From Marsupella aquatica (Eukaryota > Plantae > Marchantiophyta), in NCBI GenBank assembly GCA_973895155.1, contig OZ316893.1, positions 18,073,836 to 18,137,835 of the forward strand: DNA of 64,000 nt, given 5' to 3'. Within the stretch, counting starts at the first letter, position 1. Each line of letters begins with the position of its first letter. Below the pieces are notes generated by a model. The model saw only the letters and a list, made by a program, of their open reading frames with translations, ran no database searches and was not told the origin of the DNA. Position numbers and translations under genes: made by a program. Shown here piece by piece: positions 22,488 to 35,636 of the stretch.

Positions 22488-25400
22488 TGTGGTGCGTCCC
22501 ATGGCTCCCCAAACCCAAGAAACCTCCCCGCACAAGCCGATTCCCGCAGGTTTCGTGCTTGGTCAAGGCCGTTTCCGCGGCTTAGCGGCATGGGATGCTG
22601 CTAACCTCCTTTCTACTACTACTATTAACATTTTACACACATATACTGGACAGATCCTTCATCGGGTCATGAGATACGCAGTCGGCCTAATCTAGGCCTT
22701 CAGCCGCTAAGACCTCTCTCAGCTCGACACATCCAACTCTCACTCCCTTGCTTACTTCCCTTCTACTTGTTGATGTGGGCACTCTTCACACAAGTTAATG
22801 CGACACACAAATAGCAAAATGACTCATTCTGACTGAGTTATACCATGCACTTGCAATACAAACAGTACATCTCATACACAAGCTCTGCGAACTAAGCCGT
22901 GAGGCCAACTCTATTCAGTTCTTAGGTATGAGGAAACATGAATATACACAAGGGTCACTATATAACTAACCGAGAGCTTCTCTTACTACTTGATCCCAGC
23001 CCTGCTGGTGCAACTAAAAACTTGCTAAAGAAGAGGCCCTGAACTCCCCGCAGCCCAGGTACTTATCCTGGTTGTGGATCTGCCTGATTCCTTGCAGCGT
23101 AAGCCTAATCTACCTACTGTAATCTACCTAACTGTAATCTACCTATGTACAGCGAGGCAGGAGCACAAGTGTCGTCCTCACCCGTGGATCCGAAATCCCA
23201 CTAATCTAAGTGTCAGGGCCGTCTCCTGGTCCTGATCCTAAGTCTAAACTTGGAGATCAGCGCCCGCCCTGCCCACTCACGCCTCCTACCTCCATGTCCG
23301 CCCTCCCTAACAGGGACGGCGCCCTTACACCGTCACGACACCGGTGGCTGGTCCTCAATGGACGCCCCCAACGCTTCCTTCGCAGCCACTGCCGTTGGTC
23401 CGTCCTCTGACAGATTACCTGCCCCTGATCGAGTCAACTCTTCATCGGCCTGACTGGGTCCACCCTCGGCTTCGGCCTCAGCATCGGTCACGGCCTCTGA
23501 TACGGCTACGGCCTCCCCGGCATGTTCTAGTGGAGGATCCGGTACCTCGGCAGCATTACTGGTTCTCCCAGCCTCGGCCTTGCCATCTCCACTTCCTAGG
23601 ACTGGTGGATCCACCGCTGTGCCAATGCCGGAGGTTGGTGCCGGGTTTATCTTCTCGGTCACAATAGCTTGAGAAGCCGTATAACTCCCAGACCTAGAAG
23701 GTTTCCGCTTCTTCTTCTTCCCTATTTCGACAGCCGGTTCCTTCCCCTTGCCACTTACCTTCGGCACCGGGGTGAGTGTTTCGGCTTGTCCTTCGGCCAA
23801 TACTACCCCTGGTAACTGGGTTCCCCCAATTGGAGTTGGACCTGATGAAGCCAAGCATTTAAATACTACGGCTTGTGTCTTCAGCCGCTCCGTTTGGTTG
23901 TCGGCCCGCCGTTATAGGTTCTCCATCTTCCTCGTGATTTCCTCCAACTCCTCCTGGGTCTCGTCCAGGTCCTTGCGCGCCTCCTCCAGCTCCTTATTGG
24001 CTTCCTCCAATTCTTTCTTTAAGGTAGCCATCTCCTCCTGGGTTGCTCTTAGCTCCTTGTCGAGCTCTGCTACGACCATAGACTCCATCTTATTCATCTT
24101 GGCATAAGTCTGGTCGAGCTGGTCGTCCTTTTCACGCAGGTCGGCCTTGAAGCTGGCCGTTAGGGACGCAAGCTCTTGCTGCAGCGCAATAATCCCTTGA
24201 TAGGATTTCCCTAACTCTGCTTCCTTCTGCTCAAGGGCTCCGCGGATATCTTCGAGCTCTCCTTTCAACGCCCTCTCCCTTCTCTGGTTCTCCGCCATGG
24301 CCCGATTGTTGGTTGCTAAGTGGGCCTCCTCTGCATCCCTTAGCTCCAGCTTCCATTTCTCTCTTTCCTTGACTGCGCCGGCCAACTCTCCTTGGGTCCG
24401 AGTCAGTTTATCTTTGATAATCTGATTGTCAGACTGAGCGATATCCAACTGCCCCTGCATGATGTTTAGCTCATGCCGCTTAATCCGCAGCTCATCTTGG
24501 GCTTTCTTGGCTACCTGCAGGACTTCCGCCTCGGCTTCCTTCTCCCTAAGCCGCCGGATGACCTCGTCCTTCTTGCTTCTCTCCAAAGCCACCGCTTCTT
24601 CTAATCGGTGCTTTTCCAACATCTCCCTTTGGAAAAAGGGTCCCTGCTCCAACTCCTCCCCAAAGATGCTGAGCGCCAGGTCCCCACACATCTCCCCGTA
24701 CTCCATGGCTCTATCCTTAGCATAGGTGGAGTAACTAGAAGTCATCGGCATCAACCACCGCGGCCTCTGCTCCCAAGTCGCCTTGCGGATTTCTTCTATG
24801 GTGGCAAGAGGGTTGCTTCTTTTTTCGGCAAGCCGCCTGATGTCCTCCGGCCAATCTCCTCCTAGTAAATCTTTCTCCCTAGCCAGGGCTGCTTTCTCTT
24901 CCTCCCTAAGTCGCTCCTGAAATTCTTGTGCCGTTTGCTTTATGCCGTCAAAGCTCGGGGGAGCAACCTCTGGTGGGGGAGACTCGGGGCTACTCTGATG
25001 GGTGGGGTCCCCTCGAACTACTCTTGGAAGCGTGGGGATAAATCGGCCACAGGTCCTTACTCCTGGAACATGATGATCCGACCCATAGTCGGAGTTATCA
25101 TTGCTGTAGTCCTCCACCGCCTCCTCCACTACTTGGACTCCCGGCTTCTCCCTTTGTTCCCCTGGTCCTGTCGTGCAAACTGCCTTACCGATCACGAGCT
25201 CTGGTTCCTCTGGTTTCCAAGCTGTCGTCTCCCTCTGCTCTCCGTGGGAAGGAGCCTTAGGCTGCTCTGCCTCTGATTCAGGGCTTGAGGCTCCCACGTA
25301 CATTTGTACTCCCGGCTTGTGTTCCGGCCTCCCTCTCTCCTTGGCTCCGGTAAAGGGGTTTTTCCTCCTGAGTCGGCTTAGGCCGGCCTCTGGGGCAGTG

Positions 25401-27141
25401 TCCTGTACCGGTGCCATTGCCGTTGCTGGTGCCGTTCTCTCCTTCTCCAGCATTTTCAGCAGATTCTGCATGCCTGATTGCTGCATCGGCAAGTCTTCTT
25501 TCCTTGGCCAAAACACCTGCTCGATCATCGGATTGTCGGGCTGGTTGGGCTTCTCTGGTGCCGCCCCCTGCTCCGGAACCTCCTCCGGTGCCCTTGCCAA
25601 TAGGGGAAGTACTGGGGCAAAGATTTGACTTTTGGCATACCGGCACAACAGCGGCATGTGATAGCCAAGTCGGGACACGCTTCCCACGCCGATCACCTGC
25701 TGTTCCTCCTTCAAGATCTTCTTCAGTTGGTTGAGGAGGTACCCGTTGTAATCCCGGCTTGGGTCTGGCCTTTCTGCCAGGTAGACCTGAGCCTTGCCGA
25801 TCTCTGCCCTCGGCAAGTTACAATGCATGGTCACCCGCAAGAAATCGATCATCTCTCCGATGTGTGGGTTGGTGCAGGTGTCCGGAAGAAGCCATTCTTC
25901 GTTGATGGTCCTAGGAACGACCGGAACTCCTTGTCAGGTAAGGTCTTCCTGGTATCAACCTTGGTCTTATTACCCATCGGCAAGCCAAACACCTCGGCAA
26001 TCACTCGGGGAGTGAGATAGAAATCCTTCCCATACACCCTCGTGGAATTGGTCTCGGGTTTCCATGATCCCACAAATTCTAATAAGTCTGAGTCTGACAC
26101 CTCCGGCTTCAGCCATGGTAATCTTACGAAAGTCTCCAAGCCGGATCCGGCCATGAAGCCCTGGTACTTCTTGGTCTGCATGGATGTAAAACATGCATCC
26201 TCCTCCCATGCAAAGTGTAATTGCACTTCCTCTGGTAGGGTCGCCGCCCAGCCTTTCTAGGTGTCATCGTTTGTTGGAATGGCATTGATGGGATTGAACT
26301 CTTCCTCTTCGGCTTCTCCCTGCCTCCTGCTCTGCTGGCTTCCTTGGTGCCGCCGACCTTGTTCTTTTTGCCGGGGTGGCCTCTTCGTTGTTGTTTCCTT
26401 TCCTCTTCATCTCGGCTGCCGTGGATGTTTCTCCTAGCAAGGTTGCCTTCGTCCACCCCTCCGTGTTACCCTTCAACTCCTAGTGTAGGTCGTTGCAGCG
26501 ATTGATGGCTTCCCGGATGCCGACGATTCTGTTTTCGCAAAACAGAAGGTCGTCGAGCTGATTGGCAGTAGGAGTCCACAAGAACTTGGCCTTGATAAGT
26601 TCTCCTCCTAAGAAAGCCGTCTTCTGCAGTTCCCAGAGCCGAGCAAGCTCCTGCGTTCTCGAGTTGCTCTCTTCGATTCTTCGTCCTCGTAAGTCCTGAC
26701 GTACTCACCTGCCCGTTCGAATAGGCATCCCCAAAAATGTGTCGCTTGATTGACATTGCTCATACCCTCCTTGAGTCGATCATTGGTATCTGTTCCCACC
26801 CCGAGTGCTTGCCTAAGCAGCTGACAGTATTTGGCCTCCCGTAGTCGTCTGCCCAGTTCGTTCTTGCAAATGAGCCACTATTCCTCGCGAGCGGTCCTTA
26901 CCCCTCTCCTCCTCTAGTCTTCCCTCCCGTTGGTCACCCCTAGCCACCGACGCTTAGCGCGCCCTAACCCTAATCGTGTTCTCTCCCCCGGCGTCCTTAC
27001 TTCCGGCCTCGGCCCGGGTTCCATAGTCACCCTTAATTGTTTATATTTTCCTTTATTTTTGTTCCTAAACTATGGTGTTTCCAGGGTACACTCCTGCTTT
27101 ACCATGTAAACCGGGCTAGTGATTCCTGGCTAGGCATCACA
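22488..27141 (-). mobile_element. Solo LTR of family C (4654 bp) inserted in a probable intron
   Basis: Colinear with 52122-56796; TG..CA termini; TSD CTCAC (22483-22487) / CCCAC (27142-27146); flanks read GTATG (22413) ... CTAAC ... TTGCAG (27176). Confidence 0.93.
23333..26763 (-). pseudogene. Family-C LTR protein (PMD-like + coiled coil), disrupted copy
   Basis: ORF pieces 26608-26799, 26264-26476, 25849-26226, 23912-25852 and 23333-23854 align end to end with 53034-56720. Confidence 0.88.
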
Positions 27142-27176
27142 CCCACAATTCTAACATTGGTGTTCCTTCTTTGCAG

Positions 27177-28234
27177 GACCCTTGCCTCCACTTCACGTCC
27201 GATCAGACGGAAGCTATTGATTCTTGACCTCAACAAAATGTGTTGGGATTTTGTCAAAACGCCAAGTTTCGGACCGCACCGTAGTGCAACAAGTGTGCAA
27301 GGGTGTCCACTGGGGGAGACGTGGAGGGTTTAACTTTATGTATGTTGAGCGACCCCATCTTCACGAGTTCTTAATCGCAGCTTTTTCGTTATTTGATGTT
27401 GCCATTTGGACTTGTGCAAGGAAACCCAGGACGGATGAAATGATTCATTTGATCTTCAGTCAAGAAGAGCGAGAGAAATTCAAGTTTATTCTCACACAAG
27501 AAGATACATTTGATACTGGAATCCAGAGGCTTGACATTACCGATGGGAAGGCAAATATTCATTTGAAGGATTTGAGGGTGGTTTGGAAACGTTATGGTGG
27601 ATTATACGACGAAACTAATACACTCCTTCTTGATGACACTCCAATGAAGGCATTTGCAAATCCAGAGAATTGTGGGTTGTTTCCTTCCTCATTTTTGCAT
27701 CACTCCACGGATGATACATTCTTTCCAGAAATACTATGGCCTATGCTCAGGAAATTGTATCATGCCTTCAATCTTCAGCACTACCTGTTTATCAATCATC
27801 CAAAGTGGTCTATGATAAATGTTTTAGCGGACAGAGATCAATAGGCTGTCATTTATGCGTTGTTGACGGAGCGGTGGGGTAGTATGGTATGGGTTCATTC
27901 GGTTATCCATATAGTCTTGGATGTCACAACGGACAAAATTCCTTGGGATGTCAAGAATGAAGTGCAACAATTACCACCAATGGAGGAATTGACGGAGGAG
28001 GCGATCAACAACCTTGCAAAGATGTTAATTGGATGTCAGTACACAAGACCCTACAAAGACAATCATCGGGGATTTGTTTCGGAAGTCTTGAGGTGTAGGG
28101 ACCTCACCACAAAGTTCTGGAATAGGAAGCATCTCAATTTCTGCAATCACGATATGAAATATGACCCGTCAGGGTCTAGATTTACTTGCTCAAATGAATT
28201 CTGCGGGGTGGAGGAGCATGAGATTTGGGTCTAG
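27177..28234 (+). pseudogene. FCP1/NIF-type HAD phosphatase-like domain with a Cys/His-containing tail, disrupted
   Basis: RKLLILDLN, then after a frameshift ERPHLHEFL, FDVAIWT, KDLRVVW, NTLLLDDTPMKAFANPEN; ORFs 27224-27844 and 27860-28234 share a frame across one TAG. Confidence 0.8.
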
Positions 28235-28573
28235 ATTATCTTGACCCTACACTGAACAGTTACAATGTGAGTTGTAGATATACATATTCTTACTCAAAAA
28301 AAAGTGAAGCTATGCGTACTATCCATTTGAGTCTAGATGTTGTTGATCCTCTTTTACTTGTAGATATGTTCTCAGAAAAAGGTTATTTGGGTCTCGACCC
28401 TATACAAAGGGAATAGCTAGAGATATAGATTCAACAACGGGTCAAAATTATGTGGACCCTACATTTGGGTCGAGATAATCTCGACATAGATTTTTACATA
28501 GTAATTGATATACATTCAACAACCGGTCAAAACCATCTAGAGCCTGCATTGGGGTAGATGTGGTCTCGACCCT
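28227..28573. repeat. Cluster of degenerate ~21-bp palindromes (GGGTC..GACCC)
   Basis: gggtctagattatcttgaccc 28227-28247, gggtctcgaccc 28389-28400, gggtcaaaattatgtggaccc 28439-28459, gggtcgagataatctcgac 28467-28485. Confidence 0.7.
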
Positions 28574-28930
28574 GTAAAAATAGGTTTTTTACTTTTATAA
28601 TACATCACCGGTTTACCTTTCGTGTTTGTGTAACTTGGTTATCACAGGTCATTTGAATTTATTATATTGTCTTATTCTATTTTTTCATTGTTTATATTGT
28701 ATATAATAAGAACACTTTATTGTCTTTTAATTAATAAGTATTAATAATTGATAACTGAATTATTTAATTAATAATTTGGGCATTAGAATTGTAATTTTAG
28801 ACCTCAAAAAGTGTATATTTGGCCACTAAAATATATGCTTTTGGGGAACAAGTTATAGAACTTTTGGGGGTAAAATAAGAAATTTGAAGGTCAACTTCTG
28901 GACTAGAGAAATTCCAGTTTTAATGAATAG

Positions 28931-29518
28931 GGTGATTCATTCTCTGGCAAGTGTGCCTCTATCATCAAGGACTGGGAACCTATCACTCTTGGCTTGCCTT
29001 ATTTTACAGATTTTGATGAGGAGATTGTGGTTTGGGGTAGACGTTGGATTGTGAAAACTTCCACACTTGGAGAGAGACATGGATATGGAGTATTTGCTTG
29101 TGAGGATATCATCATGGATGAGGAGGGTGGGTCAAGTGTTCATGGTAGAGAGGGTCCTACTTTGTTCCCACACAGTGGACCCATCTACAAGAGAAGACAT
29201 TGGAACATGATCCTTACACAACATCCTGAGTGGAAAACATATGCTCTAGAGATGGATACTTTTGATGGTAGCACTAGAAGGTATAGTGAGCAGCGGGTGA
29301 TAGATGGTGATCCCATACGTAGTGGGAATATTGCTGGTTTCATAAATAGTACTGTGGGGACTCGGCCCAAGCGTAGGGCCAATTGTGAGTGGGTTTTTAC
29401 TGATGGTCCAATGCCGGCACCATATGGCACGACATATCATAAGGACCATTGCTTAGTTCTTGCTACTAGGACCATTAGAGCAGGAGATGAGTTATTCACA
29501 CACTATGAGTGGCATTAG
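28931..29518 (+). CDS. SET-domain protein (probable terminal exon)
   Basis: GYGVFACEDI, GNIAGFINS, NC and VLATRTIRAGDELFTHY are SET signature motifs; the frame is open from an AG at 28929-28930. Confidence 0.85.
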   Translation, partial: GDSFSGKCASIIKDWEPITLGLPYFTDFDEEIVVWGRRWIVKTSTLGERHGYGVFACEDIIMDEEGGSSVHGREGPTLFPHSGPIYKRRHWNMILTQHPEWKTYALEMDTFDGSTRRYSEQRVIDGDPIRSGNIAGFINSTVGTRPKRRANCEWVFTDGPMPAPYGTTYHKDHCLVLATRTIRAGDELFTHYEWH

Positions 29519-29734
29519 GAAATCATGTCCTTTATCCTCTTGCACCTGTTTTGGACTTCCCATTTACTATTATATATATATGGCCTTTGGGCTCATTTTG
29601 GAGTAATAAGGTTTTAGCCCATGCATTTACTTTAATTCTTAATGTCTTGAATGAATGGTGTTAAGTCTATTTTAATTTGTTGTACTTGGTCAAATATACA
29701 TGAAGAGGTTTTTTGGTTGTAATGTGCATAGAAT

Positions 29735-32700
29735 GTGCAACCATCTCAACAAATGTTACCACGAAGGTTGAGAGCAACATATTGGGAGATGGGTATGCCA
29801 GAAGAGGGAGAACCATCAGATGAGGAAGCCGCACCTCGTACTGATGACCAGGTCATGCATGATCAAGATAGAGCCATGGATGACTTCATGGTTGATTGGT
29901 TTGGTGCCAATGTTGAGGATGATGTGCCTCACATTGGTCATGAGGCTGGCCCTTCAAACAACCCACGGCCACAACATACTCCAGAGGGACAACAACAATG
30001 GAAAGAGGCAGAGGAACATGCTCGAACACCTATTTTTGAGGGTGCTCGGTTGAGCCATCTTTCTGCCATATTGGGGCTCTTGAACATTCAAGCCAAACAC
30101 AAGGCAAGCAATTCTATGTTATCAAACATATTTGAATATTGTCATGACTTGATGTTACCCTCGGAGAATGTGTTGCCAGGGACTTGGAAGGATGCAAAGA
30201 AGGTTCTCTCATCCATTGGCATGGATTACCATATTATTCATGCCTGTGTGAATGATTGCATGTTATTTCATGGGGATACAGCCCATATCACAAAATGCAC
30301 AGTGTGTCATGAGCCACGGTATGAGCCAAACATGCTAACCCAAAAGGTACCAAGGAAAGCAGTTCGTTGGTTCCCCATAATTCCTCGCTTGTTGCACATG
30401 TATAGATGTTCTAACTTGGCCGAGTTGATGGTATGGCACAAGAAACATCGTTCGGAGCCTGGTGTCATGCGATTAAAAGTTGACTCTCCTACTCATAAAC
30501 ATGTGGAATCAACATGGCCAGATTTTGAGCGTGACCCTTGGCATGTGCGACTGGGGTTGGCATCAGATGGAGTTAGCCCTCATTCACTTGGAGGGAAGGG
30601 GAGACCTACATCGGTCTGGCCTGTGGTTCTCATGAATTACAACCTTCCACCATGGTTGTCCATGAAAAAGGGTTTTTTGTTGCTATCTTTGATTATCCCA
30701 GGGCCAAAGAAGGTGAAGAACATGGACACCTATTTGACATTACTGGTGTAAGTAGTGGGTAATTCCAAAAGCATGAAGAAACTGAAAATTTTTAAATTTT
30801 TTACGGTGTTTAGACTGCAATTATTGCTAACTGTAACTAAAACAGCATTCAAAGTTACTAAGTTCCTAAGTTACGAGTAAACTCAGTTTACGAGTTTACT
30901 AGTTCACTTCTTTACGAGTTACACCTTAAGATTTGGCGACTCTGTGATCGTGACATCTTACAACTAGTTCAACGGGACTCCACAACGGATGAAGAGCTCA
31001 CCTTGAAAGGGAAGGAATGCAAGACATAGGCGCTCATTACTGACTTCTCTTCCACCTTACCTCTCAAACTCTGCCCAGCTTCAACCGGTATTTCAGAGAT
31101 GTCAAATGGAGACTTCGACCCTTCTATTCCAGGATGATGAATAGTGATGAGTTTCTGCATCACTATCCCCAAGTATATGCTGCCACCTGCAACAACTATG
31201 ATGTACTAGGGATATACAGAGAAGCTCTTCGTATAGATTCCTGTTATTTGATGAAGCGAATGCCTTTGATGTATCCTGAGAGACAACTAAGGTGCCTACC
31301 CTACTCTAGAGGATCCCCACGCCAAGCTAAGCTGATAGAGGTTACCCAGAACCGAATTGTTACCCTTGTGGAGTTACTAGAACCAGAGGACATCCGACAG
31401 CAAGCTTGAAGAAGTCTCTAAGTGTTCTTAGTTAGTTTTTAGAGTAGTGCATCTTATCTGATTTTTAGAAATGTGTTCTAGAGCTTTAGAAGCTGTTATA
31501 CTTCTTTAGGCTGTAGTCTGTACCTAGGAAACCCTGCTGGAAAAATTTCAGAGTTTTCCGAACCAGGAGTAGAAAGTTAAAAATAGTTGAATCTACTCAA
31601 TTTTTAGTATACTGAAATTAAGAGTTTAAGAGTTTAAGTTTTTACGTTTTTAAGAGTTTAAGTTTTTAAGAGTTTAAGAGTTCATACTTAGCCATTTTTT
31701 CCGGCTTTCCACTTATTGAATCGTCGTTTTGACTTTTTGAGGGTTATGAAGAGGCATGTCTCTTCGACCCTGTGACCTCTTATTCTGTAGTTCATCACTA
31801 TTTATACCTCTTCCCCTAGTGTAGAGAGATGGTTAAGTTCTGCATTTTTGCCTCCCTTTTGTTAAGTCTATTGATTCTGAACCTACGAGTTCTAAATCAG
31901 ACTTAATATTTGGAGAGACTTACCTCCTTCTTGTATTTTGGAACCCAAATACTTGAAGTAAAACCTCAGTTATGAATCTCGTGAATTATAATGTCAGATT
32001 CCGCTTTGGTGACACATTGTAATCTCACAAGTTCTTAGAGTTAACTCATTGAGTTTAAGTTGCATTGGAAATGATGTTTTCACCTTCATGTTGCTTAGTA
32101 CCATCTAAATGCTGAAGTATTTATCCTTTTAGATCTTGACTAAGTATCACTTAGGAAGAAAGGTCAAGACATGTTGCCGGCATTTTAAAAGGATACTCTA
32201 GTATGCAGTTTAGATCTGAAAAGCCGTGTGGATTTGGATTCCCTTTAAAGTCATTCCATTATTACTTATGTCTAAGGAGTAACCTTGGTCTATTCCAGAC
32301 TCCCTTAAGCATACTCTGAGAGATTTTTCCTTGTGTTTTGTTAATTGCAATCTTTTGCTTAATTGAAGGTTATCTGATGTTGAGTTATCATCAAAAACTA
32401 CTCACCGCTGTGGAGCGATCTTCAAAGTACCTGATTAAAGTAATCAAGATTGATTACTATGTGTGACACAAGAGCTTAAAGCTTTGTTTTTAGTTTATTA
32501 CATCAAACCAACCCCATCTTGTTCTTAAAGGGAACGAATACCGAGTTTGGAGACTTTAAAATGTGATTTTTGGTTCTCTATGGCAAACTACAACTGGTTC
32601 AGGAACTCCAGAAATTATGGGAAGGAGTATGGGCATATGATGGTCAAAAGACTACAGGGGGTACCCCACGGGTTTTCAAACTGAAAGGGGTTTGTATGTG

Positions 32701-34720
32701 GACCATGCATGACTACCCAGGTAAGAACTTTGTTGGTTAAATGCATCATATTCTAATGCATGGTATCCCCTCATTTCCATGTGCTAATCCTAACATAATG
32801 TGTGTTTATATGACCAGGATTTGGCTTTGTGAGTGGGTTGCAAACCCAAGGCTACAAGGCTTGCTCCACTTGTGGCCCAAGCCTTGGTGATGTAGCCAAG
32901 TATTCATCACATCTTCGCAAGATTATTTATCTTGGGCATACAAAGTTTCTTCCAATGGGACATCAGATGAGGCGTGACCCACTACTATTTTCCTCTATTG
33001 ATATGCCCTTTGGTGACGAGCGTGATGTACCTGAGCCAACAACTTTTACACACTGGAAAGACATGGCTGCAAGAGTGGCAAACCCAAAGGATCCCATGCA
33101 ATTTGATGGTAGTGGCTTGACAAGGTGGAGTATATTAACCACTTTGCCCTATTGGGGTGAGTTGAAGATCTGCCATCTATTAGACCCCATGCACATTGAG
33201 GGAAATGTGGGAAAGACTTTGATAAAGGCTTTCTATGGAGAGAAAGACACTAACTTCAGGGAGGCTTATGAGGATCTTGAGATGCATCCAGATGTGTGGG
33301 TCATAAGTGATCCTATCATAGGGATCGAGCATCAACCTTCAGCTCCATGGGTGCTTCCTGTTGGCCAGACAAGGGAGTTTCAGAATCGCATAGGAGACAT
33401 GCGGTTTCCTATTGGTTATGGTGCCAATCTCCGAAAGACCTTTGGGATGGAGGACAATCATAAGTGGCCAAGGTATCTCAAGACACATGACTACCATAGG
33501 TTATTGCAGCACATATTGTCTGTGGCCATAATAGGTTTGGCAAGTGAAGAAGTGCAAGATGCCCTTTTGTCATTGGGAAAACTATTGAGATGGGTATGCT
33601 CTAAGGAGATATATACTGACGAGATCCCTGGGATGGAGGTTTTGGCAGCAGAGGTGGTATGCAAGTTGGAGAAGGCCCTTCCTCATTCCTTTTTTGACTG
33701 TCAAGTGCATTTACTTGTTCATCTTGTTCATGAGGTGGCCATTGCAGGTCCTGTGCATTGTCGGTGGATGTATTGGCTAGAACGATATATGGCAGTGTTA
33801 AAAGGTTATGTACGTAACCATGCAGGGGTTGAGGGAAGCATGGCTACAGGATACTTAGCAGCTGAAAGTATGTTCTATTGTAGTAACATATTGGCCACAA
33901 TTGATTGTACCTCTCCCCGTACTTGGGTAGAGGAGAGGGAAGATGAAGAGGATCGTTTAACAGGTGCTAGGAAAACCCGCATGTTGACACCAGTGGAGGT
34001 GAAACAACTGACCACATTCATGTTGAGTAATAGCACTATCATGGAAGAATGGAGGGATTTCTATGAGGATGCCAAAAGTAACAGCACAAGACCAAGGATT
34101 TTTCCAAAGTACCTTGACTATATGAAGGAGAAGTTAGTTGAGGTGGATGACATGGTGGTCAGGGGAGAGAGTGTATTATATTTTCTGGCTATCACAGATG
34201 ATGTTCGTACCATTGTTCATGGTCCCTTGAGAGTGGTTACAACAAGGACAGCAATGTGGACACAAGGAAGACATTTTAGGTGATCTCCATCTACCTTAGT
34301 AACCTTTGATTTGAATCACTTGGTTTAATTTAATTCATTTGTAATTCAAGCACGTATATTGAAGAGGCAGATTCTTGGTGTGTTTCATTAATTGGAATAT
34401 GTTTGTGTCTATTTTTGTGTAAAATGTCCTTATGGTTTGATGGATTTTAGGATTTCTTCCCTTGATGAGAAGAGGGGTCGTACCTTTGATTGTGGAGTTC
34501 AAGGACAATTCTCTCAAGATTCCCGTAGCAGTCGCCATGACACAAATATTATTCAAGATGTTGTGCCATATCATGGAAAGGTAGAAGAGATTCTAGTGAT
34601 ATCTTATGATGCACAATCAAAGTTTGAAGAGTATGTCTTCAAGTGCAAGTGGTTCAAAGTGAACCTTGTAGGTAACAATCCTACTGTGGTACAAGATGAG
34701 TGTGGATTTACACGACTGAA
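29735..34720 (+). pseudogene. CACTA/En-Spm transposase (Tnp2/TnpD-like), split by a solo LTR and two introns, 3'-truncated
   Basis: IHACVNDCMLF, WFPIIPRL, VRLGLASDG, WPVVLMNYNLPPW, IPGPK, HDYPG, LDPMHIEGNV, KTHDYH, GPVHCRWMYWLERYM, FKCKWF. Exons 29735-30746+32598-32720, 32818-34279, 34451-~34720; GT-AG introns 32721-32817 and 34280-34450 keep the frame. Confidence 0.93.
30747..32592. mobile_element. Solo LTR (1846 bp) inside the CACTA transposase
   Basis: TGTA...TACA termini; TSD ACTGG (30742-30746 and 32593-32597); removing it restores LTLLVQELQKLWEGVWAYD. Confidence 0.92.
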
Positions 34721-35636
34721 CAGACGACCTCAACAGGCGACCAGAGGCCCAGAGAGCCCCTTTAGTGTCCAATCAAATACTTTGGTCACTCATGACCAAG
34801 TGCCAACAAACAAAGTTGGCCAACAGTCAAAGTCTATTGCCAAAATGAATCCACCCATCCCGCCTGCCCAACCAAACAGTGCAGGAAAATTTTGGATTTT
34901 TTGTGTCACTGTCGCATTTAGCTCTACCTAAGACAACCCCCAAGGACAGTCTACATGAATTGTGGGAGTAAATGTTATTTTGATGTTTCACTCCAAAAAC
35001 AAGCGTGCACAAAGGCCCAAACACACAAACTTATGATGAGTGAAGATCGGAAAAAAAGCAAATATGCCTAAAAGCCAACACAAAAAATTTATGTTTTGCT
35101 CACTTCAAGTGCGTGTAGTCATTCGGCGTTATTACAAGGAAATGGTTGGGAAAGGAACACCCTCTATATAGGAGGGAAGGTGTTCCTTGGTAGTCACATC
35201 AAGATCTTCCTTTGAGTGTTATGATAGTGGTGGCCCAACCTGCCACATCCAGGATAGTTGAGCTTGTAGTGGTACCTGGGGGTACAGACATTCAAGCTCA
35301 TCACCACCTTGGGAGGCACAAATCCTAGTAGTGGCCAAACCCTACCCAAGCCGGAAGCGGTGATCAGCCCAGCATCCCGCCCAGCATCTTTGCTTTCTTC
35401 CCTGACCCCATGTGGAATGGCAAAAAGAAGCATTGGAGTGGAAATGGCAGATTTTCAAACATTTTAACCTTACTTGAAGCTTCTTTTGGTCTATCCGTCA
35501 CCCTTTAACCCATTTTAAGCCTCAAAGGAACGTTATGGAAGAAAGTTAAGAAGTTTGAGTTTGGAAGGAAGAATCGCTTCGGACAAACAATCGCTTGAAC
35601 ATTGCAAAATCCGTTTAGACTTTCGGCAACAACTTT

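Noticed and set aside
31134-31409. 91-aa ORF inside the 1.8-kb solo LTR as another LTR-encoded gene
   Set aside because: Short, no motifs and no second copy for comparison.
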